From positions 476 to 64,475 of the forward strand of contig JAYKHL010000082.1 in NCBI GenBank assembly GCA_035284865.1: a stretch of DNA of 64,000 nucleotides, read 5' to 3'. This DNA comes from Candidatus Sericytochromatia bacterium (GTDB lineage: Bacteria > Cyanobacteriota > Sericytochromatia > S15B-MN24 > JAQBPE01). The notes below the pieces were generated by a model. The model did no database searches. It was not told the origin of the DNA and saw nothing but the letters and a program-made list of their open reading frames with translations. Below, one piece after another: positions 25,363-33,500 of the stretch; the first letter of the stretch is position 1, and each line of letters opens with the position of its first letter. The position numbers and the translations under genes were made by a program.

Positions 25363-26199
25363 ATGCCTCGCCGGAGCTTCACCCGGGCCCCCCTGGTGGC
25401 CTCTGCAGCCCTGTTCCTGGCTGGCTGTGTGGCCCCCCCCCTCCAGCCAGCCCCCCCAGGCGCGGCGCTCGGGGTCATGCCGGCCGCCACGGCGCTGCCG
25501 CCCCGGCCGGCCAGGCTGCCGTTTCAGATGACGGAGGCCCAGGTGACAGCCGTGAACTCGGCCTTGAAGCCGGACGAGCGGGTGGCTTCCGAGCTCGCCG
25601 CGCTCGGGACGTCGGTGGGGGGTGACCTCGCCAAGCTCACCCCCGCCCAGGCAGATCGCGCACGCAAGCTCCTGCAGGCCTCGAACCCCTCCGCGCGGTT
25701 CTGGGGGCTGGCCGGAAACGGGGAGTTCGCGGGCGAAGGGGGGCCCCGAAACCTGGGCGGCAACCGCCGGCTGTACCAGGTGCCTCGCGGCAAGGTCCTC
25801 GTGATCCAGACCATCGAGAACCCTCACATGCTGGCGGTCGATGGCTTCAACCTGGTCAGCGCGCCCGACTCGTTCAACCTCAGCATCAACACGAACTCGA
25901 GCAGCCAGAGCAACTGCAACAACTACGGCTACTGGTGGTACTACTACTACGGGGGTTGTGGCTACTCGGGCTACTGGGGTTGGTGGTGGTGGTACTACTA
26001 TGGCCGCGGTACTTCCTCCAACACGAACAGCAACTCCAGCCAGGCCCAGGCGAGCCAGACCAAGAACGTCTACCAGGTGAACTACATGTTCGGAGATGGC
26101 GAGCCCGTCATCTTCAGCAGCGTGGCCCTGACAGCCTGGCGGGCCACCGGCTACACCCTGCCCGAGGAGTACATCCGAGGCATCCCGGCGGCGAAGTAG
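25363..26199 (+). CDS. lipoprotein with Trp/Tyr-rich low-complexity insert (hypothetical)
   Basis: The start is an internal ATG of track ORF 25330..26199. MPRRSFTRAPLVASAALFLAGC has a lipobox. I recognise no family. Confidence 0.7.
   Translation: MPRRSFTRAPLVASAALFLAGCVAPPLQPAPPGAALGVMPAATALPPRPARLPFQMTEAQVTAVNSALKPDERVASELAALGTSVGGDLAKLTPAQADRARKLLQASNPSARFWGLAGNGEFAGEGGPRNLGGNRRLYQVPRGKVLVIQTIENPHMLAVDGFNLVSAPDSFNLSINTNSSSQSNCNNYGYWWYYYYGGCGYSGYWGWWWWYYYGRGTSSNTNSNSSQAQASQTKNVYQVNYMFGDGEPVIFSSVALTAWRATGYTLPEEYIRGIPAAK
25870..26067 (+). other. compositionally aberrant coding segment: N/S-rich flanks around a Y/W/G core
   Basis: It encodes SFNLSINTNSSSQSNCNNYGYWWYYYYGGCGYSGYWGWWWWYYYGRGTSSNTNSNSSQAQASQTKN. 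In the 27-residue core, 18 residues are Tyr or Trp. It is locally much less GC-rich than its surroundings. Confidence 0.9.
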
Positions 26200-26203
26200 G
26201 CGC

Positions 26204-26962
26204 GTGCAGGGCCCCTCCCCCTCTCTGCAGCGCGACGCCTTGGCCTGGGCCCTGGCGGGAGGGCTGATGGCGGCCACCCTGGGGTGCCCTGCGTCTCCCT
26301 CGCCCCCGACGGCTACAACCCCGGGGGCGCAGCCGCTGCAGCCCAGCGATGCCCTCGTCGTGGCCGAGCTCGTCCTCGACCCCCCGGTGGCCCTCGACTT
26401 CATCCCGGTCTTCAAGGACAACGCCCTGCAGGACCTGCTGTTCAGGCCAGACCCCCCGGTGGGCCGGTGGAGGCTGCAGCCGAGGGGCGGGACCGCGCCG
26501 CGGCGCCTCGGCGCCGTGCGCTTCTCGCTCGCCATCGTCGCCGAGATGCAGACGTTCACGCCCCCGCCCGCGGGCGAGACCCCTCCGCCCGCCTACGTGG
26601 CCCCTCCCGCCCTGCCGCCCGGCGCGTCGCCTCCACCGGGCGCGACGGGGGTGCCCGTCGCGCTGCCCACGCCCGACCTCGCCCGGCTCCCCACGTTGGA
26701 GGGGCCAGAGGCCTCTCGCGCGGCCCCCCTCGCGCTCGCGCTTGCGCCAGCGGACGTAGGCCTCCCCGAGGCGTTACAGCCGGGCCAGGAGGCCACGCTG
26801 GTCTTCGACTTCGCCCGGCCCGAGGTGGTCGGCTACTTCAGGCAGCACCCGCGTGCCGTCTTCATGAGGGCCACCCTCGGCCCCACCGACGCGCTCGGGA
26901 GGCCGCTTGTGAATGCCCTGGGGGTGCCCCTGGAGCTGGGCGCCACCGTGCGCGTGCTCTGA
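26204..26962 (+). CDS. lipoprotein, paralog of the 24144 gene product (hypothetical)
   Basis: The start is GTG. ...LAGGLMAATLGC has a lipobox, and the middle is Pro-rich. The C-terminus LQPGQEATLVFDFARPEVVGYFRQ...LGRPLVNALGVPLELGATVRVL aligns with FKPGTTSLLSFNLDRADTYAFFAK...GDAPLQDKLGKPVEFVATVKRI of the 24144 gene. Confidence 0.65.
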   Translation: MQGPSPSLQRDALAWALAGGLMAATLGCPASPSPPTATTPGAQPLQPSDALVVAELVLDPPVALDFIPVFKDNALQDLLFRPDPPVGRWRLQPRGGTAPRRLGAVRFSLAIVAEMQTFTPPPAGETPPPAYVAPPALPPGASPPPGATGVPVALPTPDLARLPTLEGPEASRAAPLALALAPADVGLPEALQPGQEATLVFDFARPEVVGYFRQHPRAVFMRATLGPTDALGRPLVNALGVPLELGATVRVL

Positions 26963-26982
26963 GGCCCGGGCCCTTCGCAGGC

Positions 26983-27297
26983 TCAGCGACGCCCCAGGGC
27001 CGTGAAGCTAAGCAGCGCGGGGCCGCCTCCCACCTCGTTCGCGCAGGGCACCTCCACCAGGATCGGCCCCGCGCCCTGGTAAAGCGTGCGCGGAGGCGCA
27101 AGATCCGGGCGGGCGGGCGTCAGGGGCACCTGCACGATCTGCAGGGGCACGGGAGCGGCCGGAGGCAGCGCGCCGGCCACCGGCGTGTTGGGGCGCACCA
27201 CGTGCCAGGAGGGAGGGGCCGTTCGGGAGCGACGCACTGAGCGGGAATCCTTTCTGGGCGCGTGCTGGCGCGCCCGCCTCGGGCAGGGCCCCCTCAT
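26983..27297 (-). CDS. possible small protein (hypothetical; start uncertain)
   Basis: This is the 3' end of track ORF 26983..28254. The last ~70 codons have strong GC3 bias (...LQIVQVPLTPARPDLAPPRTLYQGAGPILVEVPCANEVGGGPALLSFTALGRR). It fills an otherwise empty 386-nt gap. There is no clear SD or recognisable family. Confidence 0.3.
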   Translation of the reverse strand: MRGPCPRRARQHAPRKDSRSVRRSRTAPPSWHVVRPNTPVAGALPPAAPVPLQIVQVPLTPARPDLAPPRTLYQGAGPILVEVPCANEVGGGPALLSFTALGRR

Positions 27298-27335
27298 CGT
27301 ACCCATCCCCCCCGCTTCCAAACGGGCCCAGCGGG

Positions 27336-27341
27336 TATAGC
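27336..27341 (+). promoter_or_regulatory. -10-like box TATAGC, 7 nt upstream of ATG 27349 (leaderless-type)
   Basis: The sequence gcgggTATAGCaggggtgATG has no SD. Confidence 0.4.
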
Positions 27342-27348
27342 AGGGGTG

Positions 27349-29118
27349 ATGGCCCCACCGCTCCGGCCGGGCGCGGCGCACGTCCTCCGGGAGGATGCCT
27401 GCTGGCTCGGCCTCTTCCTCCTCGGTCTCGTTGGCTTCTACGCGGCGACATGGGCGCGGTGGCCGTTGCTCACGGCGGACAGCGCCCGTGAGCTGTGGGT
27501 GCCGTTCGCGGTGCTGCAAGGCGCCACCCTTTACCAGGACTTCCACTACCTGTACGGCCCGGTGGCACCGTGGACCCTGGCAGGCCTCCTGGCCGCGTTC
27601 GGCGAGCGCCTCGAGGTGCTCTACGTCGCCTCGTGGCTCCAGCTGGCGGCCATCGGCAGCCTGCTGTACGGCGTGGCGCGGCAGCTGCTCCCGCCGCGCC
27701 GCTCTGCCGTCGTGCTCCTGCTGTTCGTGAGCCACCTGGCCCTGGGGCGGGACCTGCGCGGCTACGTCTGGCCGTACGCCTTTGCAGCGACCTTCGGCGT
27801 CGCCCTGGGGCTGACGCTGCTGCTCGCCCTGCTGCGACACCGCGCCACGGGGAGGCACCGCTGGCTGGCCGCGGCTGGCCTCGCCTGGGGGTGGTCGCTG
27901 GTCACCAAGCTCGAGTACGGCGCCGCCGCCACGGGCCTGGTCGTGCTGCACCTCGCCCTGCAGGCCTGGCAGCTGCGGCGTCCCCCCGCCTGGAGGGACC
28001 TCCTGGTGGTGGCGACGCCGGCCGCCCTTGCGGCGGGCACCGTGGCGGCGGCGGTGCTGGCGCAGGTGCCTCTGGCGGCGGTGGTCGAGAGCGTCTGGCC
28101 CACGAAGCTGATGGCCCTGTGGGACAGCGGAGGGCGCTGGGCCGGCACGCCTGCCACCTGGCGCGCCAACCTCGGCTGGCTCGCGCTCGACGTCGTGGTG
28201 CTGCTCGCGATCGCCGCCAGCCCCCTCCGAGGTGGCGTCACCCCGCAGCGACACCTGCCCGGCTGGCTGGGGCTCCTGCTGGCCGTCGGCGCAGCCGGCG
28301 TGGCAGCCTCACCCGCGCGGCTGACCCACTTCCTGGCCGAGGGGCACCGGACCTGGCTCTCCCCTTCATTCCTGCTCGCCGCCGCGGTGCTCGGCAGGGC
28401 CCTCACCAGGCTGTGGCAAGGGGAGGACGACGCGGAACGCAGCCACGCGTGGACCCTGGTCTCGGCCTACACGCTGCTGGTGGCGGCCCGCACCGTGGCC
28501 CACGGCCTGAACGACTACACGCCGTACCAGGCCCCCGTGGCGCTCCTCCTCTGGGTTGCGCTGGCGACGACCTGGCTGCCCCGGGTGCTGGGCACCGAGG
28601 CCCCCTCGCGGCTGCGCCTCGCGCTGTGGGCCGTGCTGCTGGGGGCGCTGATCGGGCGCCATGTCGTGGACCTCCGGGCGGCCTACGGGGGCCCACATCG
28701 CTGGGTAGAGGGGCCGGTGGGCGGCGTCTGGAACCCCGAGGCGATCGCAAGCCCGTTCGCAGCCACCCAGGCCGAGCTGCATCGCCTGCTGCGGCCGGGC
28801 GAGCGCTTCGTGGCAGGCCCCGTGGAGATGAGCTTCTACCTGATGCTCGGACAGCCCACCCCCGTGCGGGAGGCCCAGCTCTTCCGCGGCTACCTCACCA
28901 CGGCCGAGGAGGAGGAGGCGTTCATCAGGCGCCTCGCCCAGGCCCGCGTCCGCTACGTGGTCTTCTCGACCTACGGCGAGGCCAACCTCCGGTTTGGTCG
29001 CGACTACATGCCACGCCTCGCCGCCTGGCTGCGCGGCGCCTGTCGCCACGTCGCCACCCACGGGGGCGCCCCCTATGCCATCACGATCTACGAGACGCCG
29101 TTCGGATGGCCGCGATGA
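27349..29118 (+). CDS. polytopic membrane protein, GT-C-fold glycosyltransferase-like (ArnT/PMT, GT39/GT83-like)
   Basis: The start is an internal ATG of track ORF 27262..29118. About 12 hydrophobic helices are followed by a ~150-aa soluble C-terminal domain. The function is inferred from the general architecture only. Confidence 0.6.
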   Translation: MAPPLRPGAAHVLREDACWLGLFLLGLVGFYAATWARWPLLTADSARELWVPFAVLQGATLYQDFHYLYGPVAPWTLAGLLAAFGERLEVLYVASWLQLAAIGSLLYGVARQLLPPRRSAVVLLLFVSHLALGRDLRGYVWPYAFAATFGVALGLTLLLALLRHRATGRHRWLAAAGLAWGWSLVTKLEYGAAATGLVVLHLALQAWQLRRPPAWRDLLVVATPAALAAGTVAAAVLAQVPLAAVVESVWPTKLMALWDSGGRWAGTPATWRANLGWLALDVVVLLAIAASPLRGGVTPQRHLPGWLGLLLAVGAAGVAASPARLTHFLAEGHRTWLSPSFLLAAAVLGRALTRLWQGEDDAERSHAWTLVSAYTLLVAARTVAHGLNDYTPYQAPVALLLWVALATTWLPRVLGTEAPSRLRLALWAVLLGALIGRHVVDLRAAYGGPHRWVEGPVGGVWNPEAIASPFAATQAELHRLLRPGERFVAGPVEMSFYLMLGQPTPVREAQLFRGYLTTAEEEEAFIRRLAQARVRYVVFSTYGEANLRFGRDYMPRLAAWLRGACRHVATHGGAPYAITIYETPFGWPR

Positions 29119-29139
29119 GGCCACCACGGCCCACCGGCC

Positions 29140-30501
29140 TCAACGCCCAGCCAAGGTCCGGGAAGGTGGGGGGTGCTGCTGCCTCAGGGCGGGCGTGACG
29201 CCGCCATGGCGGATGATCTCCCGGTAGACGGCCACCGCGGGCGTGGCGTGCCGCGTCAGGTCGCCGCGCCGGATCTCGACGCGCCACAGCCCGAAGCGAG
29301 GCGTGAACGACCCCCACTCGTAGTTGTCCGTGAGCGTCCAGTGCATGTAGCCCAGGATGGGCAGGCCCTCTCGCTTGAGCCGCATCAACGCGTCGATGTG
29401 GGCCACGAGGTAGGCCTCGCGGGTCCAGCCGTCCTCTCGCGGCTCGCCGTCGCGGGTCGCGAGGCCGTTCTCGGCGAGCAAGATGGGCAGCCTGAAGGCC
29501 CGGTGGTAGGCCTTCAGGATGTGCGCCAGCTGCTCAGGACGCACGCCCCAACGCCAGGGCTGGACCGGGAAGGAGGTGGCGGCACCAGCATCCACGGCCC
29601 CGTAGTAGTGCAGCGCGAGGTAATCCAGGTGGCGGACGCGCGGCCGGCCATCCCAGCCCCTGGCCTTGTCGAGCAGGAGCGCAAGCAGCTGGCTCGGCAT
29701 GTAGTGGATGCCCCCGTCCGCCACGGGGAACAGCGCGTTGTACTCGGCAATCGAGACGCGCGCGCCGCGGTCGGCGCGGTGAAGCTCCTCGTACGCGGCG
29801 ACGTGGGCCGTCACCACGTTCGCCAGGGCTCGCACCGTGGAGATCGGGCCGATCCGACGCGGCAGGGTCCAGCCCATCGTGTAGGCCCCCAGGATCATGG
29901 TGGCAGGCTCGTTGAAGGTGATGTACCAGTCGAGCTCCGCCCCGAATTCCTTGGCCACGAAGGCGACGTAGCGCCGGAACCGCTCGACGATGCGGGGGCT
30001 CTCCCACCCCTCCAGGCCATCGGCATCCGCCTTCAGGGCCCAGGCCGGGGTCGCGAAGTGGTGCAGGGCCACCACGGGCGTCATGCCGCGGCGCTTCAGC
30101 GCGGCGAAGAAGCGATGAAGGTGCGCCACCTCCTCCGCGTCGATGCGCCCCTCCTCCGGCTCGAGCCGGCTCCACTCGATGCTGGTGCGGAAGGCGTTGA
30201 GGCCCAGGGAGGCCGCGAGGTCGAGGTCGCCCTCCTGGTGGCCGCGGAAGTCCGCGCTGCGGCCGCTGCGCTCAGGCACGTGGCCGGCTCGCTCCAGCTC
30301 GGCCCAGTCCATCGCCGGGTGAGCCCCGTTGTTCTGGTAGTCCGAAATCGTCACGCCCCACAGGAAGCCAGGCGCTCCCACCGGGGCAGGGGGCACCTCG
30401 GCCAGGGCCTGCATCAGGGGAAAGGCCGCTGCAGGCGTCGCGGCCAGCATGGCCGCGGCCCCCAAGGCCAGCAGGGTTCGAGAGAGACGAGCAAGGGGCA
30501 C
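29140..30501 (-). CDS. glycoside hydrolase family 1 (beta-glucosidase-like) with N-terminal signal peptide
   Basis: FLWGVTISDYQNNG, the acid/base motif ITFNEPATM and the nucleophile motif LLAENGLA are present, and the C-terminal motif is WTLTDNYEWG. The N-terminus MPLARLSRTLLALGAAAMLAATPAAAFP looks like a Sec signal. Confidence 0.9.
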   Translation of the reverse strand: MPLARLSRTLLALGAAAMLAATPAAAFPLMQALAEVPPAPVGAPGFLWGVTISDYQNNGAHPAMDWAELERAGHVPERSGRSADFRGHQEGDLDLAASLGLNAFRTSIEWSRLEPEEGRIDAEEVAHLHRFFAALKRRGMTPVVALHHFATPAWALKADADGLEGWESPRIVERFRRYVAFVAKEFGAELDWYITFNEPATMILGAYTMGWTLPRRIGPISTVRALANVVTAHVAAYEELHRADRGARVSIAEYNALFPVADGGIHYMPSQLLALLLDKARGWDGRPRVRHLDYLALHYYGAVDAGAATSFPVQPWRWGVRPEQLAHILKAYHRAFRLPILLAENGLATRDGEPREDGWTREAYLVAHIDALMRLKREGLPILGYMHWTLTDNYEWGSFTPRFGLWRVEIRRGDLTRHATPAVAVYREIIRHGGVTPALRQQHPPPSRTLAGR

Positions 30502-30573
30502 GGCACCTCCCTGGGGCGTCTCGCCATGATGCCGGACGGCGACGCAGCTGTCACGCCGCGCGGGGCCCGGGCG

Positions 30574-30581
30574 TGTAAAAT
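30574..30581 (+). promoter_or_regulatory. -10-like box TGTAAAAT, 6 nt upstream of ATG 30588 (leaderless-type)
   Basis: The sequence gcgTGTAAAATgggggcATG has no SD. Confidence 0.45.
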
Positions 30582-30587
30582 GGGGGC

Positions 30588-33500
30588 ATGGCTCCCTCCG
30601 CAGACCGCTTCACCCCCGTGCGGCCGCTCGGGCCCTACCTCCTGCTTGTCCAGGACCAGGATGGCGCCCCGGTGGTGCTCAAGCGCCTGGCAGACGATCG
30701 CGCCGGGGACCTCGAGGCCCGACACGACTTCCGGCTGGAGGCCTGGCGGGTGGCCCAGCTGCGCGGGCCGCGCCTCGTGCGCCTCTACACGGACGGCTCG
30801 CACCTCGAGGAGCGCCCGTTCTACACGATGGGCTACGCGGAAGGCCCCCCCGCCACCCTCGTGCAGCCCGCCGAGGTCGCCACGTGCGCGCGGCAGCTGC
30901 TGGAGGCCCTGGTCGCGCTGCACCGCCACGGCTGGGTCCACGCCGGGCTCGAGCCGGCCCACCTGCGGCGGACGGAGGCCGGCCTCGTGCTGGTCGGTTA
31001 TGGCGGGCTGACACCGATGGGGCAGCCCGCCCGGCGCCCCGGCACCGTGGGGTACCGCGCCCCCGAGCAGGAAGCCGGGCTGCCCCTGGACGCCCGCGCC
31101 GACCTCTATGGCGTCGGCGCCCTGATCCACTTCTGGCTGACGGGCGAGCTGCCAGGTGAGCTCGACCTGCTCGACCTCGTCTCGGATCCCCTGGCCGTGC
31201 TCGGCCGTCGGCTGCTCGCCAGCGCTCCGGGCGACCGCCTGCCCGACGCGGCCACGGCCCTCGCGGAACTCGACCGACAGCGCGGGGCCCCGTTCAAGGT
31301 ACAGGTCAAGGCCTCGATGCTGGTGCCGCCGCTGCAGCCGCGGGTCGTGGCCCTGGACCCGGTCGACCAGCTGCTCGCCGCGCTCGCCCGGGGCGTTGGC
31401 GGCGTGCGGCGGCTGGAGGCCCCGCCTGGCTGGGGCAAGACGACGGTCCTGGGCCTGGCCGCCTCGGCCGCCCGGCGGGCTGGCTTTCCCGTCGTGCAGC
31501 TGCGAGGGCAGGGCGTCTACGCCTGGCCCCTCACCCCCTGGCGCGAGGCCCTGCGGGGCCTCACGCAGCTGGCCCAGGAGCGCCAGCCGGGGCTGCTGGA
31601 GCGCTGCCGGCTGCGCCTGGCCCCCCTCATGGCGGCCCCGCCCAAGGCTGCACCCGACGAGGAGGGCCGCGGCCTGGCTGGCCTCGACGGCCCGCTGGGT
31701 GGCGAGCTCCTCCGACGGCGCCTGGGCAGCGCCCTCACGGAGCTGATCGGCGCGGTGGCCCCCCAGGGCCTCCTGGTGCTGCTCGACGACTGGGACGAGG
31801 CTGACGAGGCCAGCCGAGAGATGCTCGCTCACCTGGTGCGTCGCCTGGCGCCAGCGCCCGTGCTCTGGCTCGTGGCGGGCCAGCCAGGGCGCGGTGGTGA
31901 GGCGGGGTGGCCCGTGCTGGAGGTGCCCCCCTTCAGCGCCGCAGAGGCGCAGGCGCTCGCCCGGGCGATGCTGCCCGTGCCCGTGGCGCGGGAGGCCGAG
32001 CTGGAGACCCTCGCGGCGGCGGCGGCAGGCCAGCCGTGGTTCGTGCGCACCCTCGTCGCCCACTGGCGCGATGCCGGCGAGGTTCGCATCAACGGGGCCC
32101 ACTGCGACCTGCCCCCTCCGGCGGAGTGGCCTGAGACGGTGGGTTCGCTGGCCTGGCGCCGGGGGAGCGCGCTGGACGGTCACGCGTGGGCGGTGGGTGG
32201 GGCCGCGGCCCTGCTGACGCCCGTGATCCGACCCACCGCCCTCGAGGTGCTGGTGCCCGAGCCCGAGGCCTTCGCCATGGGGCTGGACGCCCTGCTGCGA
32301 GCGGGCATCCTGGCGCGCGTTGGCGGCTGCTACCAGTTCACCCACCCCGACTACGCCACGATGTACGCCCGGGCGCTGCCCCCCGAGCGCCAGCTCGACC
32401 TTCAGCGGACGCTGGTCGACGCCTGGCAGGCCGGGCGGCTGGCCCTCGACCCCTTGACCGCCACCCTCCACGCCCTCCGGGCGGAGCGCCCGGACGCCGC
32501 CGTGCCGCTGGCCCTGGCGGCGGCCCGCAGCTTGCTGATGCTGGGGGGACACGAGACGGCCCGGCAGCTGCTCGAGGAGGCGCTGGTGATGCTCGACGCC
32601 GAGCACCCCCTCCGAGGCAGCTACCTCGCCACGCTGGGCGAGGCCCACCGCCAGGCCGACGACCTTCCCGCGGCGCTGACCTGCCTGCGGGAGGCCCGGG
32701 GACGGCTGCCAGCCGGTCCGGAGCGGCCGGCAGCGACGCTGGCCCTCGCCAGGGTGCTCGCGATGCTGAGCCTTCACGAGGAAGCGACGGGGGCCTGGCA
32801 GGAGGCCGCAGGCCACGCCCAGGCCATGGGCGACATGGACCTGCTGGCGCTGGCGCTGGCCGGGTTGACCGAGTCCCACCACGCCCTCGGCCGCCTGGAG
32901 GCCGCCGTCGAAAGCGGTGAGGCTGCCCTCGGGGCCGCCGCAGAGGCCGCCCAGCTGCCGCGGGCGCTGGCCCTGAGCGCCTTCGGCAGCGTCCTCGCCC
33001 TCGGCCCGCGGGAGCGTCAGGGGGAGGGCGTGGCGCTGCTGCAGCAGGCGTGCGCGCTGTTCGAGGCCGAGGGAGACAGGCCGCGCCTCGGCCAGGCCCT
33101 GCTGAGCCTGTCGGACGCCGAGATGGCTCGCGGAGAGCTGCTCTTCGCGCGCAACACCATCGCGCGCGCGCTGGCGCTCACCGAGGAGCTCGCCGAGCCT
33201 TCAATGGCCATCCAGGCAGCCGTGCAGGCCGCCCAGGTCCACTTCGCCCTGGGCGAGACGGAGCCGGCTCGGGCCCATGCCAAGGAGGCCCGGCACCGCG
33301 CAGAGGCCCGCCAGGACGTGGTCGCGACGCTGGAGGCCCAGACCCTGGAGGGGCTCATCCGCTCGATGCGGGGCGACACCGAGGCCGGCCTCGCACTCGG
33401 GAGCGAGGCCCTGCGGCGCCTCCCCGCCACGGCCACGCCAGCCGTGGTGGCGCGCATCTGGCTCTGGCAGGCGGAGACGCTGCTGCACCTCGGGATGTTC

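Noticed and set aside
29173-32882. ORFs 29173..31011 (+, 612 aa) and 30414..32882 (-, 822 aa).
   Set aside because: They are antisense shadows of the GH1 gene and of the pseudokinase-STAND gene respectively.
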